In this document: piece after piece, positions 44,779-53,863 of the stretch
How positions within the stretch are numbered: position 1 is the stretch's first letter
Layout of the letters: each line of letters begins with the position of its first letter
Translations under genes and position numbers: made by a program
Origin: Synechococcus sp.
Lineage (GTDB): Bacteria; Cyanobacteriota; Cyanobacteriia; PCC-6307; Cyanobiaceae
Reading direction: 5' to 3'
Length of the DNA stretch: 64,000 nt
NCBI GenBank assembly: GCA_047285535.1
Contig: JBJBDC010000001.1
Location: forward strand, 2,848,136-2,912,135
Notes under the pieces: generated by a model
Told to the model about the DNA's origin: nothing
The model's database searches: none
The model's input: the letters and a program-made list of their open reading frames with translations, nothing else

Positions 44779-46527
44779 ATGACTAAGCAGCAGCCGTGGT
44801 GGAACGGTGCAGTCATCTATCAGCTGATTGTGCGCAGCTATGCCGATGGCAACGGTGATGGAATTGGCGATTTACAGGGCCTCGCGAATCGTTTGCCCTA
44901 CCTCCGCTGGTTAGGAGTCGATGCGATCTGGCTCACCCCGATTTATCCATCTCCGCTGCAGGACGGTGGTTATGACATCACCGATTTCAAGTCGATTCAC
45001 CCAGAGCTTGGAGATCTAGCGGCATTCCATCGGGTCTTAATGGCTGCGCACTCCCAGGGCATAAAAGTGGTGCTGGACCTGGTGTTGAATCACACCAGCA
45101 CCCTGCATCCTTGGTTTCAACGCGCCCGTTGGGCCCCTGCCGGCAGTCCGGAACGCGACGTTTACGTCTGGAGTGATGATCTCGATCGTTACTCAGACGC
45201 ACCAGTGTTATTCCGTCATTTTGAATCTTCAAATTGGGAATGGGATGAGGTTGCGCAGCAGTATTACCTTCATCGCTTTTTGCGTCACCAACCTGATCTC
45301 AACTACGACAGCCCATTGGTTCAGGAAGAGATGCTCAATGTGGTGGATTTTTGGATTGAGCGAGGAGTGGATGGCTTCAGGCTGGATGCGGTGCCTTTTC
45401 TCTGCGAAGCCGAGGGGTCTCGTTGCGAAGGATTGCCCGAAACTCATGCCTTTCTTCAGCGCTTGCGGGCACGGGTTGAGAGCCATGGAAAGGATGTATT
45501 GCTTCTTGCTGAAGCAATACAGCCGGTGGAGGAGGCCGCTCCATACCTTGCAGATAATGAGCTGCACGGGGCCTTTAATTTCGCATTAACGGCTCATCTT
45601 TTTGCTGCGATTGCAAGCGGAACGGTAGATGCCTTACGTCATTGCTTACAGGCAGCTCAGAACGCTGTTGGAGGTTGTCGATGGGCCTTGCCGCTACGAA
45701 ATCACGATGAGCTTTGGCTTGGGGATGGTCACTTGGTGCCGGAAGATGTGATTCAAACGATCCGAGCCGGATTGCATCAAGGACAGGGACATTGGCTGAA
45801 CTGGGGCATCAATCGGCGTCTGGCTCCTCTGCTCAATGGTGATCCAGGGTCGAACCGAGTAATGCATGCTCTGCTTTACAGCCTCCCAGGACTTCCTTGC
45901 CTGTATTACGGCGATGAACTTGGAATGGGAGATTGGCCTGGCTTGCGAGACCGCGATCCGAATCGCACTCCGATGGCCTGGACGCCAGCACGGAACGGTG
46001 GGTTTTCGACGGCTCCAGACCCTCTTTTGGTCTTGCCTCCGATCACGGCTCCTGGATACGACTATCGGGTGGTGAATGTGGAGGTTCAGAAGCAGCTGCC
46101 TGGATCGCTTCTCAATTGGCACCGGCGCATGCTCACCTGTCGCAAGCTTCTCCCAGCACTACGGAATGGAGATTTTGAGTTGTTGGATTGCGCTCACCCT
46201 GGTGTCATTGTTTATGTGCGTACGAACGCCACCATGACCGTGATGGTGGCGGCTAATCTCTCCGCAGCAGGGGCCTCGATTTACCTTGACCTCAGTCGAT
46301 GGTCAGGGGAACGGACTCGTGAGGTGCTCTGGGGGTGTGACTTCCCTCCCGCTGATGCCGATTGGTTTGTGTACTTAGCGGCTCATGGGTTCAACTGGTG
46401 GTTGATTGGTGAAGTTGAGGAAACGGACAGCGGCGGTGTGGAGACCGGGGCTCAGCAAGACAGGTTGAGATCAGAAACTTCTGAAGACAAGAGAGGGTCA
46501 ATCCCTGCCTCATTCAGGAGGTCTTGA
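44779..46527 (+). CDS. TreS-like GH13 glucosyltransferase/alpha-glucosidase
   Basis: DGNGDGIGD, LNHTS, FRLDAVP, LAEA, RNHDEL, GINRRLAPLL; start set at MTKQQPWW. Confidence 0.88.
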   Translation: MTKQQPWWNGAVIYQLIVRSYADGNGDGIGDLQGLANRLPYLRWLGVDAIWLTPIYPSPLQDGGYDITDFKSIHPELGDLAAFHRVLMAAHSQGIKVVLDLVLNHTSTLHPWFQRARWAPAGSPERDVYVWSDDLDRYSDAPVLFRHFESSNWEWDEVAQQYYLHRFLRHQPDLNYDSPLVQEEMLNVVDFWIERGVDGFRLDAVPFLCEAEGSRCEGLPETHAFLQRLRARVESHGKDVLLLAEAIQPVEEAAPYLADNELHGAFNFALTAHLFAAIASGTVDALRHCLQAAQNAVGGCRWALPLRNHDELWLGDGHLVPEDVIQTIRAGLHQGQGHWLNWGINRRLAPLLNGDPGSNRVMHALLYSLPGLPCLYYGDELGMGDWPGLRDRDPNRTPMAWTPARNGGFSTAPDPLLVLPPITAPGYDYRVVNVEVQKQLPGSLLNWHRRMLTCRKLLPALRNGDFELLDCAHPGVIVYVRTNATMTVMVAANLSAAGASIYLDLSRWSGERTREVLWGCDFPPADADWFVYLAAHGFNWWLIGEVEETDSGGVETGAQQDRLRSETSEDKRGSIPASFRRS

Positions 46528-48035
46528 ACCTGCGGAACGAGACGCTCCGCTTCGTTTTGATCCACCATGGCTAATCGGCAGCGACGTGCGAGAACATCCG
46601 TGGCCGTTCTCGCATGCTCAGCGTTGATTGCATGGCGCAGTTCACCACGACAGATGGGCATCACGTCGCTCAGTGGTTGGCGATCGTTTGCATCCCAGCT
46701 GGCGACAAGTGCAGCAGCTTCCAATCCGAAACTGGCTTGCAGGTGGGCGATCTGTTGGCCTTGAAGTGTCGTCTCCGGTAGCAGACGCTTCAGAGCGCTC
46801 ACCTGCTCTCGAAGGAGTGAGGGAGTTCGCTGAGGGTCCTCATCGGAACCAATCAGAGGCAAGGCAGACGGTTTGGGTAAGCGTGATCCGAGTCTCTCTT
46901 CCACCTCTTTAAGCGTGTCGATCGCCATGGGTCGGCAGGTGGTCCATTTGCCTCCCATGACGCTAATGAGACCACTTTCTAATCTTTCAACTTCGTGCTC
47001 TCGCACGACCCTGCTGCTGTTGAGATCAGCATCCGCTGGCTTGAGTAGCGGTCTTCCACCAGCCCAGCAACTGCCTACATCGGGATTACCTAGATCGGGG
47101 AACCAGCGCCGGACGTAATTCAGCAAGTAGTTTTTTTCAGTTTCTGACGGCACTGCTGCGTCGGCTTGCGGGCAGGGTGTGTCTGTGGTTCCGACCAAGG
47201 TGCGTCCAAAGAATGGCAACATGAACAGAACACGTCCATCATCGGTGGCTGGCAAGAGCAGGCCGATTCCCTGAGGGCAGAGATCAGCTCGTAAAACAAT
47301 GTGCACTCCCCTGCTCGTGAGCATGCGCATGGCGCAGTTGGGATCGGCCATTCGTCGGATGACATCAGCGTGGATCCCAGTGGCATTCACGATCGCCCTC
47401 GCCTCCCAACGCTCTCGCTCCCCCTTGCCGTTTTCGCTGATGACGGCAGCGATCTGACCACTGCCATCGCGCTCCAGCTCCTGAACCTTGGTGCGCGTGC
47501 GAATGACAGCGCCAGCCCGTTCGGCTGTCAGGGCCATTAGCAGATTCAAGCGGGCATCATTGAACTGCCCATCGCTGTAAGCCACTCCGCATTGAACCTC
47601 GGGACGAAGGAGAGGCAGTGCTTGCTTTAACTCGTTGGATGAGAGCAAACGGCTACTGCCAATCCCTGCACGACCGGATAGGGCGTCATAAAGACCAAGG
47701 CCGATTCGGTAGTAGGCCTGGCCTAGACGATTGTCACTGGGAAGAGCGAGTTCGAGACGTTGGGCCAAAAAGGGAGCTTGTTCCAACCAGTGTCCGCGTT
47801 CAAGAAGTGCTTCACGCACCAAACGCAATTGAGCTAGGTCGGCTGTTTTGAAGGCAAGCTCGAGGTAGCGAACGCCTCCATGCAGCAGCTTGGTACTCCG
47901 ACAACTGGTGCCGCTTCCTAAATCATGGCTCTCCAGCAACGCAACCCGCAGGCCGCGACGCACCGCCTCATAGGCCACGCTGCAGCCACTGGCGCCGCCA
48001 CCAATGACGACGAGATCGAACTGTTGATCAACCAT
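46452..48035 (-). CDS. glpD: FAD-dependent glycerol-3-phosphate dehydrogenase
   Basis: IGGGASG, GTSCRSTKLLHGGVRYL, GTTD, GGKWTT; start MVDQQ overlaps the glpK end. Confidence 0.93.
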   Translation of the reverse strand: MVDQQFDLVVIGGGASGCSVAYEAVRRGLRVALLESHDLGSGTSCRSTKLLHGGVRYLELAFKTADLAQLRLVREALLERGHWLEQAPFLAQRLELALPSDNRLGQAYYRIGLGLYDALSGRAGIGSSRLLSSNELKQALPLLRPEVQCGVAYSDGQFNDARLNLLMALTAERAGAVIRTRTKVQELERDGSGQIAAVISENGKGERERWEARAIVNATGIHADVIRRMADPNCAMRMLTSRGVHIVLRADLCPQGIGLLLPATDDGRVLFMLPFFGRTLVGTTDTPCPQADAAVPSETEKNYLLNYVRRWFPDLGNPDVGSCWAGGRPLLKPADADLNSSRVVREHEVERLESGLISVMGGKWTTCRPMAIDTLKEVEERLGSRLPKPSALPLIGSDEDPQRTPSLLREQVSALKRLLPETTLQGQQIAHLQASFGLEAAALVASWDANDRQPLSDVMPICRGELRHAINAEHARTATDVLARRCRLAMVDQNEAERLVPQVQDLLNEAGIDPLLSSEVSDLNLSC

Positions 48036-49533
48036 TCCAGTGCAGGCTTCTAGTGACAGCGTCGTCCCATCGCTGCCGCCAGCGTTGTCGTTGCTCCTGC
48101 GTTTGCTTTGGTTTAAACATTGTGGAATTGTTGGTTCGATTCGGAAGTAAATCCTTGAGGTCTGCAATTGCTCCTGCTTGCAATCCGGCAAGTAGAGCAA
48201 CTCCACGAGCTGTGCTTTCGAGATGGGCTGGACGGCGCACCCCTAGCCCGGTGCTGTCTGCTTGAGCCTGCAATAAAAGGTCTGAGGCCGCAGCTCCTCC
48301 ATCCACAGCAAGCTCTCCAAGACCATGCCCCATTGCTTGCTCTGTCAACTCGACAAGACTTGCCACAGAAAGTGCGATTCCTTCCAAGGCGGCGCGGGCG
48401 ATATGGCCACGGCAGGTGTCGCGCGTAAGTCCAATCAATACGCCACGAGCATTGGGATCCCAGTGTGGTGTGCCCCATCCAGTGAAGGCGGGCACAAGCA
48501 TCACTCCAGCAGCATTGTCAACTTCTTGCGCGAGTGGATTCACCTCCTCTGCACTGCCAATGATTCCTAAGCCATCTCGCAGCCACTGCACCACCGTTCC
48601 AGCATTGAATAAGCTTCCTTCTAAGCAATAGGTGGCTGTGCCCTGCTCATCCGTCCAGCCGAGGGTGCTCAGCAGGCCAGCATCGGAGTAGCGGATGGAG
48701 TCTCCAGTGTTCACGACGAGGAAGGCACCTGTGCCGTAAGTACATTTGCCTTCTCCTGGTTCTAGGCAAAGTTGCCCCAGAGTGGCCGCCTGCTGGTCGC
48801 CGAGTAGGGCTTGAATCGGTACTCCAGCGAAAGGTAAGCCCGCTTGGATTGCACCGAAATCTCCACGGCATGGCTTGAGGTCGGGCAGCGCATGCTGAGG
48901 AAGCCCAATTTCAGCGCAGGCTTCATCGATCCATCGGCGTTGTTCTAGATCCATCAGCAAGGTGCGACTGGCATTGCTCATGTCTGATGCATGGATTTTG
49001 CCGCCACTGAGCTGCCAAAGCAGCCAGCTCTCTACAGTCCCAAAACAGAGATCACCTTGGCCAGCCGCAGTACTTGCGGCGGGCTCATTGTCAAGAAGCC
49101 AACGAATTTTGCTCGCACTGAAATAGGGGTCCAGCATCAGGCCGGTCTGAGCTCTCCAGCTCGCTTCGAGTCCGTTGTTTTTCCACTGTTGACACAGGTT
49201 GGAAGTGCGGCCGTCCTGCCAGACCAGTGCAGGGCCACAAGGGCTGCTATCACTTCGCTTCCAGAGTGTGGTGGTTTCACGCTGGTTGGTAATGCCACAG
49301 CTGATCACCGCCTGCCGCTGTTCCGGAGTGATCGTCTGCTCAAGGCGTTTCATCGCCAGGCGTTGGCTCTCCCAGATGTCTGTTGGATTTTGTTCCACCC
49401 AGCCATCGGCGGGGTAATGAATTTCAAGAGGAGCCGAGGCGCTCGCCACTGGGCATCCATCTGTATCGAATAAAGCAGCACGTGAGCTGCTTGTGCCTTG
49501 ATCTAATGCCAGCAGGAGAGGTGCAGCTGCCAT
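48028..49533 (-). CDS. glpK: Glycerol kinase
   Basis: DQGTSSSR, TNQRETT, YFSASK, GDQQAA, KCTYGTG. Confidence 0.96.
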   Translation of the reverse strand: MAAAPLLLALDQGTSSSRAALFDTDGCPVASASAPLEIHYPADGWVEQNPTDIWESQRLAMKRLEQTITPEQRQAVISCGITNQRETTTLWKRSDSSPCGPALVWQDGRTSNLCQQWKNNGLEASWRAQTGLMLDPYFSASKIRWLLDNEPAASTAAGQGDLCFGTVESWLLWQLSGGKIHASDMSNASRTLLMDLEQRRWIDEACAEIGLPQHALPDLKPCRGDFGAIQAGLPFAGVPIQALLGDQQAATLGQLCLEPGEGKCTYGTGAFLVVNTGDSIRYSDAGLLSTLGWTDEQGTATYCLEGSLFNAGTVVQWLRDGLGIIGSAEEVNPLAQEVDNAAGVMLVPAFTGWGTPHWDPNARGVLIGLTRDTCRGHIARAALEGIALSVASLVELTEQAMGHGLGELAVDGGAAASDLLLQAQADSTGLGVRRPAHLESTARGVALLAGLQAGAIADLKDLLPNRTNNSTMFKPKQTQEQRQRWRQRWDDAVTRSLHWNG

Positions 49534-49590
49534 GGCATGGCTATCTTCGTTTCTTACTTGCTAGCGATGGCACCAGAGGCCTGCCAAGAA

Positions 49591-51036
49591 ATGGCTGAGA
49601 CACAAAGAATTGGCCGGTTTCCCTCCTGGGTTGGTGAGGCGGTTGTGTATCAGGTGTTTCCTGATCGTTTTTGTCGCAGTGGCCTTGTCGATGCTCAACG
49701 GGGTCTATTGCTGCAACCTTGGGGCACAGAGCCTGAGAAACAGGGTTTTCAGGGGGGTGATCTCTATGGCGTGATCGATTCTCTGGACCACCTTCAGAGG
49801 TTGGGAGTGACCTGTCTTTATCTCACTCCTGTGTTCAGCTCGGCGGCCAACCATCGCTATCACGCCTACAACTACTACGAGGTGGATCCACTCCTGGGAG
49901 GGAATAAGGCGCTTGATGCCCTAATTGCTGCAGTGCACCAACGCGGCATGCGCTTGATCCTGGATGGGGTGTTCAACCATTGCGGCCGTGGGTTTTGGGC
50001 CTTTCATCACCTGCTTGAAAACGGTGATCGCTCCCCTTATCGCGACTGGTTTCATGTGTATGAGTGGCCGCTACGGCCTTATCCGCGCAAGGGCCAGAGC
50101 TGTGGCTACAGCTGCTGGTGGAATGATCCTGCATTGCCGAAGTTCAACCATCATCATCCGGCCGTGAAGGAGTACCTACTGGCCATAGGCAAGCACTGGT
50201 TGGAACGGGGAATCGACGGTTGGCGTTTGGACGTGCCAGATGAGGTGCCAGCTGCGTTTTGGTTGGACTTCCGACGCATGGTGAAAGGAGTGAACCCCGA
50301 AGCCTGGATTGTGGGTGAGATTTGGGGAGATGCCAGGCCCTGGCTTCAAGGGGAGCATTTTGATGGGGTGATGAATTACCGCGTGGGTTGGAGCAGCCTG
50401 TGTTGGGTAGCCGGCTCTCGTTTACGACGCAGCTATCGCAACCCGATGTATCCCTTGCAGCCACTCGATACAGCTGCATTGCTGGAGATTTGGTCTGAAA
50501 CCCAAGGTTGGTATTGCCTGGAAGTGAATCGTTCCCAGCTCAACCTGCTGGATAGCCACGATGTTCCTCGGGCTCTCAACACCCTGAAAGGAGATGTTTC
50601 CGCCCTGGCCTTGGCTTTGTTGTTGTTGATGCTTCAGCCGGGAGCACCCTGTCTCTATTACGGAACTGAAGTGGGGCTGGATGGCGGTGCGGAACCAGCC
50701 TGTCGTGAAGCTATGCCCTGGGGTGCACCCTGGCCTCATGATTTGTGTCAGACGATCCAGGCTTTGATCCAGGTTCGCCAACAGATTGCTGCTGTGCAGG
50801 ATCGTGGGTTGTCTTGGCAGGCCAGTGGAAGTGATGGCCTGATTGGTCGAGGCCCTGGGGTGGTGATCGTGGTGAATCGCTCCAGAACAAAAGGATTGCG
50901 ATTCGATCCTCAAGAGCTTGATCAGGACCTGTGGGGTGTACAAGCCTTAGTGGGGAATTACCAGGCCTCGCGCCATACTCTGAGCCCGCAATCGGCGGTG
51001 CTGTTTAGGGGAACCGATGAACAGAGAAGGTCTTAG
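49591..51036 (+). CDS. Neopullulanase/cyclomaltodextrinase-like GH13
   Basis: YQVFPDRF, GGDL.G, DGVFNH, GWRLDVP, GEIW, SHDVPR, YYGTE. Confidence 0.9.
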   Translation: MAETQRIGRFPSWVGEAVVYQVFPDRFCRSGLVDAQRGLLLQPWGTEPEKQGFQGGDLYGVIDSLDHLQRLGVTCLYLTPVFSSAANHRYHAYNYYEVDPLLGGNKALDALIAAVHQRGMRLILDGVFNHCGRGFWAFHHLLENGDRSPYRDWFHVYEWPLRPYPRKGQSCGYSCWWNDPALPKFNHHHPAVKEYLLAIGKHWLERGIDGWRLDVPDEVPAAFWLDFRRMVKGVNPEAWIVGEIWGDARPWLQGEHFDGVMNYRVGWSSLCWVAGSRLRRSYRNPMYPLQPLDTAALLEIWSETQGWYCLEVNRSQLNLLDSHDVPRALNTLKGDVSALALALLLLMLQPGAPCLYYGTEVGLDGGAEPACREAMPWGAPWPHDLCQTIQALIQVRQQIAAVQDRGLSWQASGSDGLIGRGPGVVIVVNRSRTKGLRFDPQELDQDLWGVQALVGNYQASRHTLSPQSAVLFRGTDEQRRS

Positions 51037-51126
51037 CTAGGTCTCTGTGGATTTCAGCGTCACACAGCGAAACATCTCTCTTCTGATTCTGTTTCCCACA
51101 CTTCGGGTGCCGAGAAGTGAGGAATA

Positions 51127-51198
51127 AGCCCTTGACGAGAATTGAACTCGTGACCTCTCCCTTACCAAGGGAGTGCTCTGCCGCTGAGCTACAAGGGC
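51127..51198 (-). tRNA. tRNA-Thr(GGT)
   Basis: Reverse complement GCCCTTGTAGCTCAGCGG..TTGGTAA..GTTCAATTC..AAGGGCT. Confidence 0.96.
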
Positions 51199-51208
51199 GT
51201 GTGGGGGA

Positions 51209-51290
51209 TGGGCCGGGTTGGATTTGAACCAACGTAGGCAGAGCCAGCGGATTTACAGTCCGCCCCCATTAACCACTCGGGCACCGACCC
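51209..51290 (-). tRNA. tRNA-Tyr(GTA)
   Basis: Reverse complement GGGTCGGTGCCCGAGTGG..CTGTAAA..long variable arm..GGTTCAAATCC. Confidence 0.97.
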
Positions 51291-51358
51291 GAACCACACA
51301 CGGAGACATTACCAGCACGTCAGTCGATACCATCACTGAATCCTCTTTTTATTGGGCC

Positions 51359-51814
51359 ATGCGCCTGTTGCTGCTCAACGGCCCCAATCTCAATCTTCTT
51401 GGTCAGCGGGAACCAGGCCTTTATGGCCACCAAACCCTTGATGAGATTGAGACGGGGCTGCGTGAGCGGGCTTCCTCCAATGGTGTGAACCTGCAGTGCT
51501 TCCAAAGCAATTTTGAGGGCGCTTTGGTCGATCGCATCCATCAGGCGATGGGGCAGGTGGATGGAATCTTGATCAATGCAGGGGCTTTCACCCATACCTC
51601 CATCGCGATCCGCGATGCCCTATTGGGGACTGCAATTCCCTATGTGGAGTTGCATCTGAGTAATACCCATGCACGTGAATCCTTCCGAGAGCGCTCGTTT
51701 TTGGCCGACCGTGCAATCGGTGTGATCTGTGGTTTTGGGCCCGTGAGCTACGACTTGGCCCTAGATGGTTTGGTTTGTTATCTACGGAAATTCATGGATG
51801 GAAAGGAAGCCTGA
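51359..51814 (+). CDS. aroQ: Type II 3-dehydroquinate dehydratase
   Basis: [32 protein letters not shown]; start at ATG 51359. Confidence 0.96.
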   Translation: MRLLLLNGPNLNLLGQREPGLYGHQTLDEIETGLRERASSNGVNLQCFQSNFEGALVDRIHQAMGQVDGILINAGAFTHTSIAIRDALLGTAIPYVELHLSNTHARESFRERSFLADRAIGVICGFGPVSYDLALDGLVCYLRKFMDGKEA

Positions 51815-52434
51815 TGGCATTGAGTTCAGTCGCCGCAATCCGTTGGCTGGCTGCTCCCACTAGCGCTACTTGGGTGGAGCAAGCAATCGCCAGGCCCATT
51901 GAAGTTTTGATTGATCATGCGCACTGCGAGCGCAAGGCAGCGGGGGCAGCGGTTCAGCTGATGTTTCGTTATCTCTGCGAACCAGGCTTGAGTGAGGCAC
52001 TGAGTCCTCTGGCCCGTGAGGAGCTGCAGCACTTTGAGCTGGTGCTTGCGTTACTTCAGGCCCGAGGTCGTTATCTCGAGCCATTGCCTTCCCCTGGTTA
52101 TGGCGCATTCCTAGCCAAGCACATTCGAAAAGGGGAGCCGCAACGCATGTTGGATTCGTTTTTGGTGGCCGGTCTGATTGAGGCGCGGAGTCATGAACGG
52201 ATGGCGTTGTTGGCAGAGCACAGCCCGGAGCCGGATTTAAGTGATCTTTATGGAAGTTTGCTGAAGAGTGAGGCTCGCCATTTTGGTCTTTATTGGTTGT
52301 TATGCGAGCAGCGTTGGGATCGGTCGGTGATTGTGCCTCGCCTGGAGGCTTTGGCGCAGGTTGAAGTCGAAGCTCTGAGAGGAGTGTTGGACAAACCTGA
52401 AGATGTTCGAATGCATAGTTGTGGAGTTGAGTAA
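51814..52434 (+). CDS. miaE: tRNA 2-methylthio-isopentenyl-adenosine hydroxylase
   Basis: DHAHCERKAA, EELQHF, IEARSHER, SEARH di-iron motifs. Confidence 0.92.
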   Translation: MALSSVAAIRWLAAPTSATWVEQAIARPIEVLIDHAHCERKAAGAAVQLMFRYLCEPGLSEALSPLAREELQHFELVLALLQARGRYLEPLPSPGYGAFLAKHIRKGEPQRMLDSFLVAGLIEARSHERMALLAEHSPEPDLSDLYGSLLKSEARHFGLYWLLCEQRWDRSVIVPRLEALAQVEVEALRGVLDKPEDVRMHSCGVE

Positions 52435-52635
52435 GGAGGCTGATCTCTGTCTCTAGCGCTGGGAATGAATCAAAATCGTAGAGAATTTATGCAGCGATTT
52501 TTTCTGTGGTTCTCTTGAGAAAAGCTATTAGGAGTTAGGCTGAATCCTGTTTTAAGGTGGAAAGATTTGCTTCAAGATGATGTTATTGGCGTTTGATTTG
52601 TTTGGTATTGGTTTGTATTAAGTTCTTTTTGAGCC

Positions 52636-53064
52636 ATGAACCGCCGTAGCTTTCTGCCCTCCGGCTTTGGGGATACGTTGATTGCTTTGAATAACCCTTG
52701 AGAATCAAGCCTTGATGCGAACTATCCCGCCTGATAAGCAAGCGTCTCGCATTGCAGGTTAATTCAAATTTAATAATCCTAAGGTATTGGATGATTTTAT
52801 TGTCTCGCATGTCTGGGATTGGGTGACCTAGTCATCGATTAAAAACCCTTTGGATTTGTCAAATTAGGCCAGGGTAAGAAAATCAGGGAGATGTAAGTCT
52901 CAGTCGGTAGGCTTCACTGGGCTGGTGATCGGATCACCCTAAAGATAGATTGGATTGAAGGAGCTATTGAGTCAGGGTTGAGGGCTGCGCGGAACATTGA
53001 CCCCTCCTTCTCCCCAGTTTTTTATTTCATTCGTGCTGAAAAAGCTTGCCGATCTTCTTGGTGA
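52636..53064 (+). pseudogene. Remnant of a Tat-exported flavin amine oxidase
   Basis: MNRRSFL Tat-like start, then broken frames ending VGRLHWAGDRITLKIDWIEGAIESGLRAARNIDP, the C-terminal FAD motif of amine oxidases. Confidence 0.7.
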
Positions 53065-53436
53065 TTAGAACTCTAAGCTGAATCTAGCCTGGCTTTATCA
53101 AAGCTCTTGTTGGAGTCTTTTGTTTAAAGGTATTCGCGTCATTGATGGTCTTCTTGGTTGATCTGCATGAGGGTGGCTCACATGTTCTAGGGCTTTTGCC
53201 TCTCGACTAAGGCATATTAATTTCAGTGCTTGAATCTTCAATGCTTAGCTCGCCTTTGGAGTGAGTTCGTTAATGCTCGCGAGTCTAAAAAGTTACTCCT
53301 TTGCACAGTAGTGGTGTGGATATTCGCTGATTATCTGCGCCTCTTCTCTCCGTATATTCGTTTACGGTGAGTCTGTACTGCTTCACTGCATATCATGATT
53401 TTGGGGAGGGTGCGGGTGGTTTTAACGCTTCTGCCG

Positions 53437-53746
53437 ATGTTCGTGCAGAAATGTTGTCGTAGTTGTGCTGTCTTGGTCTGATCTTGATCGGAGTTGACGT
53501 GCATCGTGTCGATGGTTTGGTCGTTCTATTTTCGTTGAAAAACAGTGATTTCTGCTTCCTAGGTGTTCAAAATCTCGACTTGATCTGCTTCTTGCTTTAA
53601 CGATGGCTTTGGGAGCCAGCGTTCAAAGTTGATGCCTCGTGTTTGGAGTTGTTCGCGAATTTTTCAGCGTCGGATGTGCAGAAAACACCGGTAGGTGCTG
53701 CGCTGCTGACAGCTGTTTTTGTTGAAAAAATGCTCAGCTGAGTCAT
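53437..53746 (-). pseudogene. mtnD: Decayed acireductone dioxygenase (5' part)
   Basis: MTQLSIF..TSDAE / IREQLQTRGINFERW..ADQVEILNT*EAEI..QTIDTM..QLRQ / FLHEH, with two frameshifts and two stops. Confidence 0.72.
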
Positions 53747-53863
53747 CAGCGCACAGTCTGCATTAATCGGTTTTTGTTTAGCCCCGTCAGGGTTGTCCAG
53801 TTGGTGTGTGATCAGCGGTACGCGCCAATCGGTGTTGGAGATGCAGCCATCTTTAATGGTGTC

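Noticed and set aside
51218..51358. N-terminal extensions in the ORF track (aroQ; likewise petD, glpD, TreS-like, ALDH, DUF2470)
   Set aside because: They overlap tRNAs, neighbouring genes or intergenic DNA; downstream starts match family N-termini.
52583..52810. 75-aa minus-strand ORF
   Set aside because: Antisense to the amine-oxidase relic, with no motif.
53065..53430. Possible mtnB/mtnC remnants downstream of the mtnD relic
   Set aside because: No convincing motif found in the frames translated by hand.
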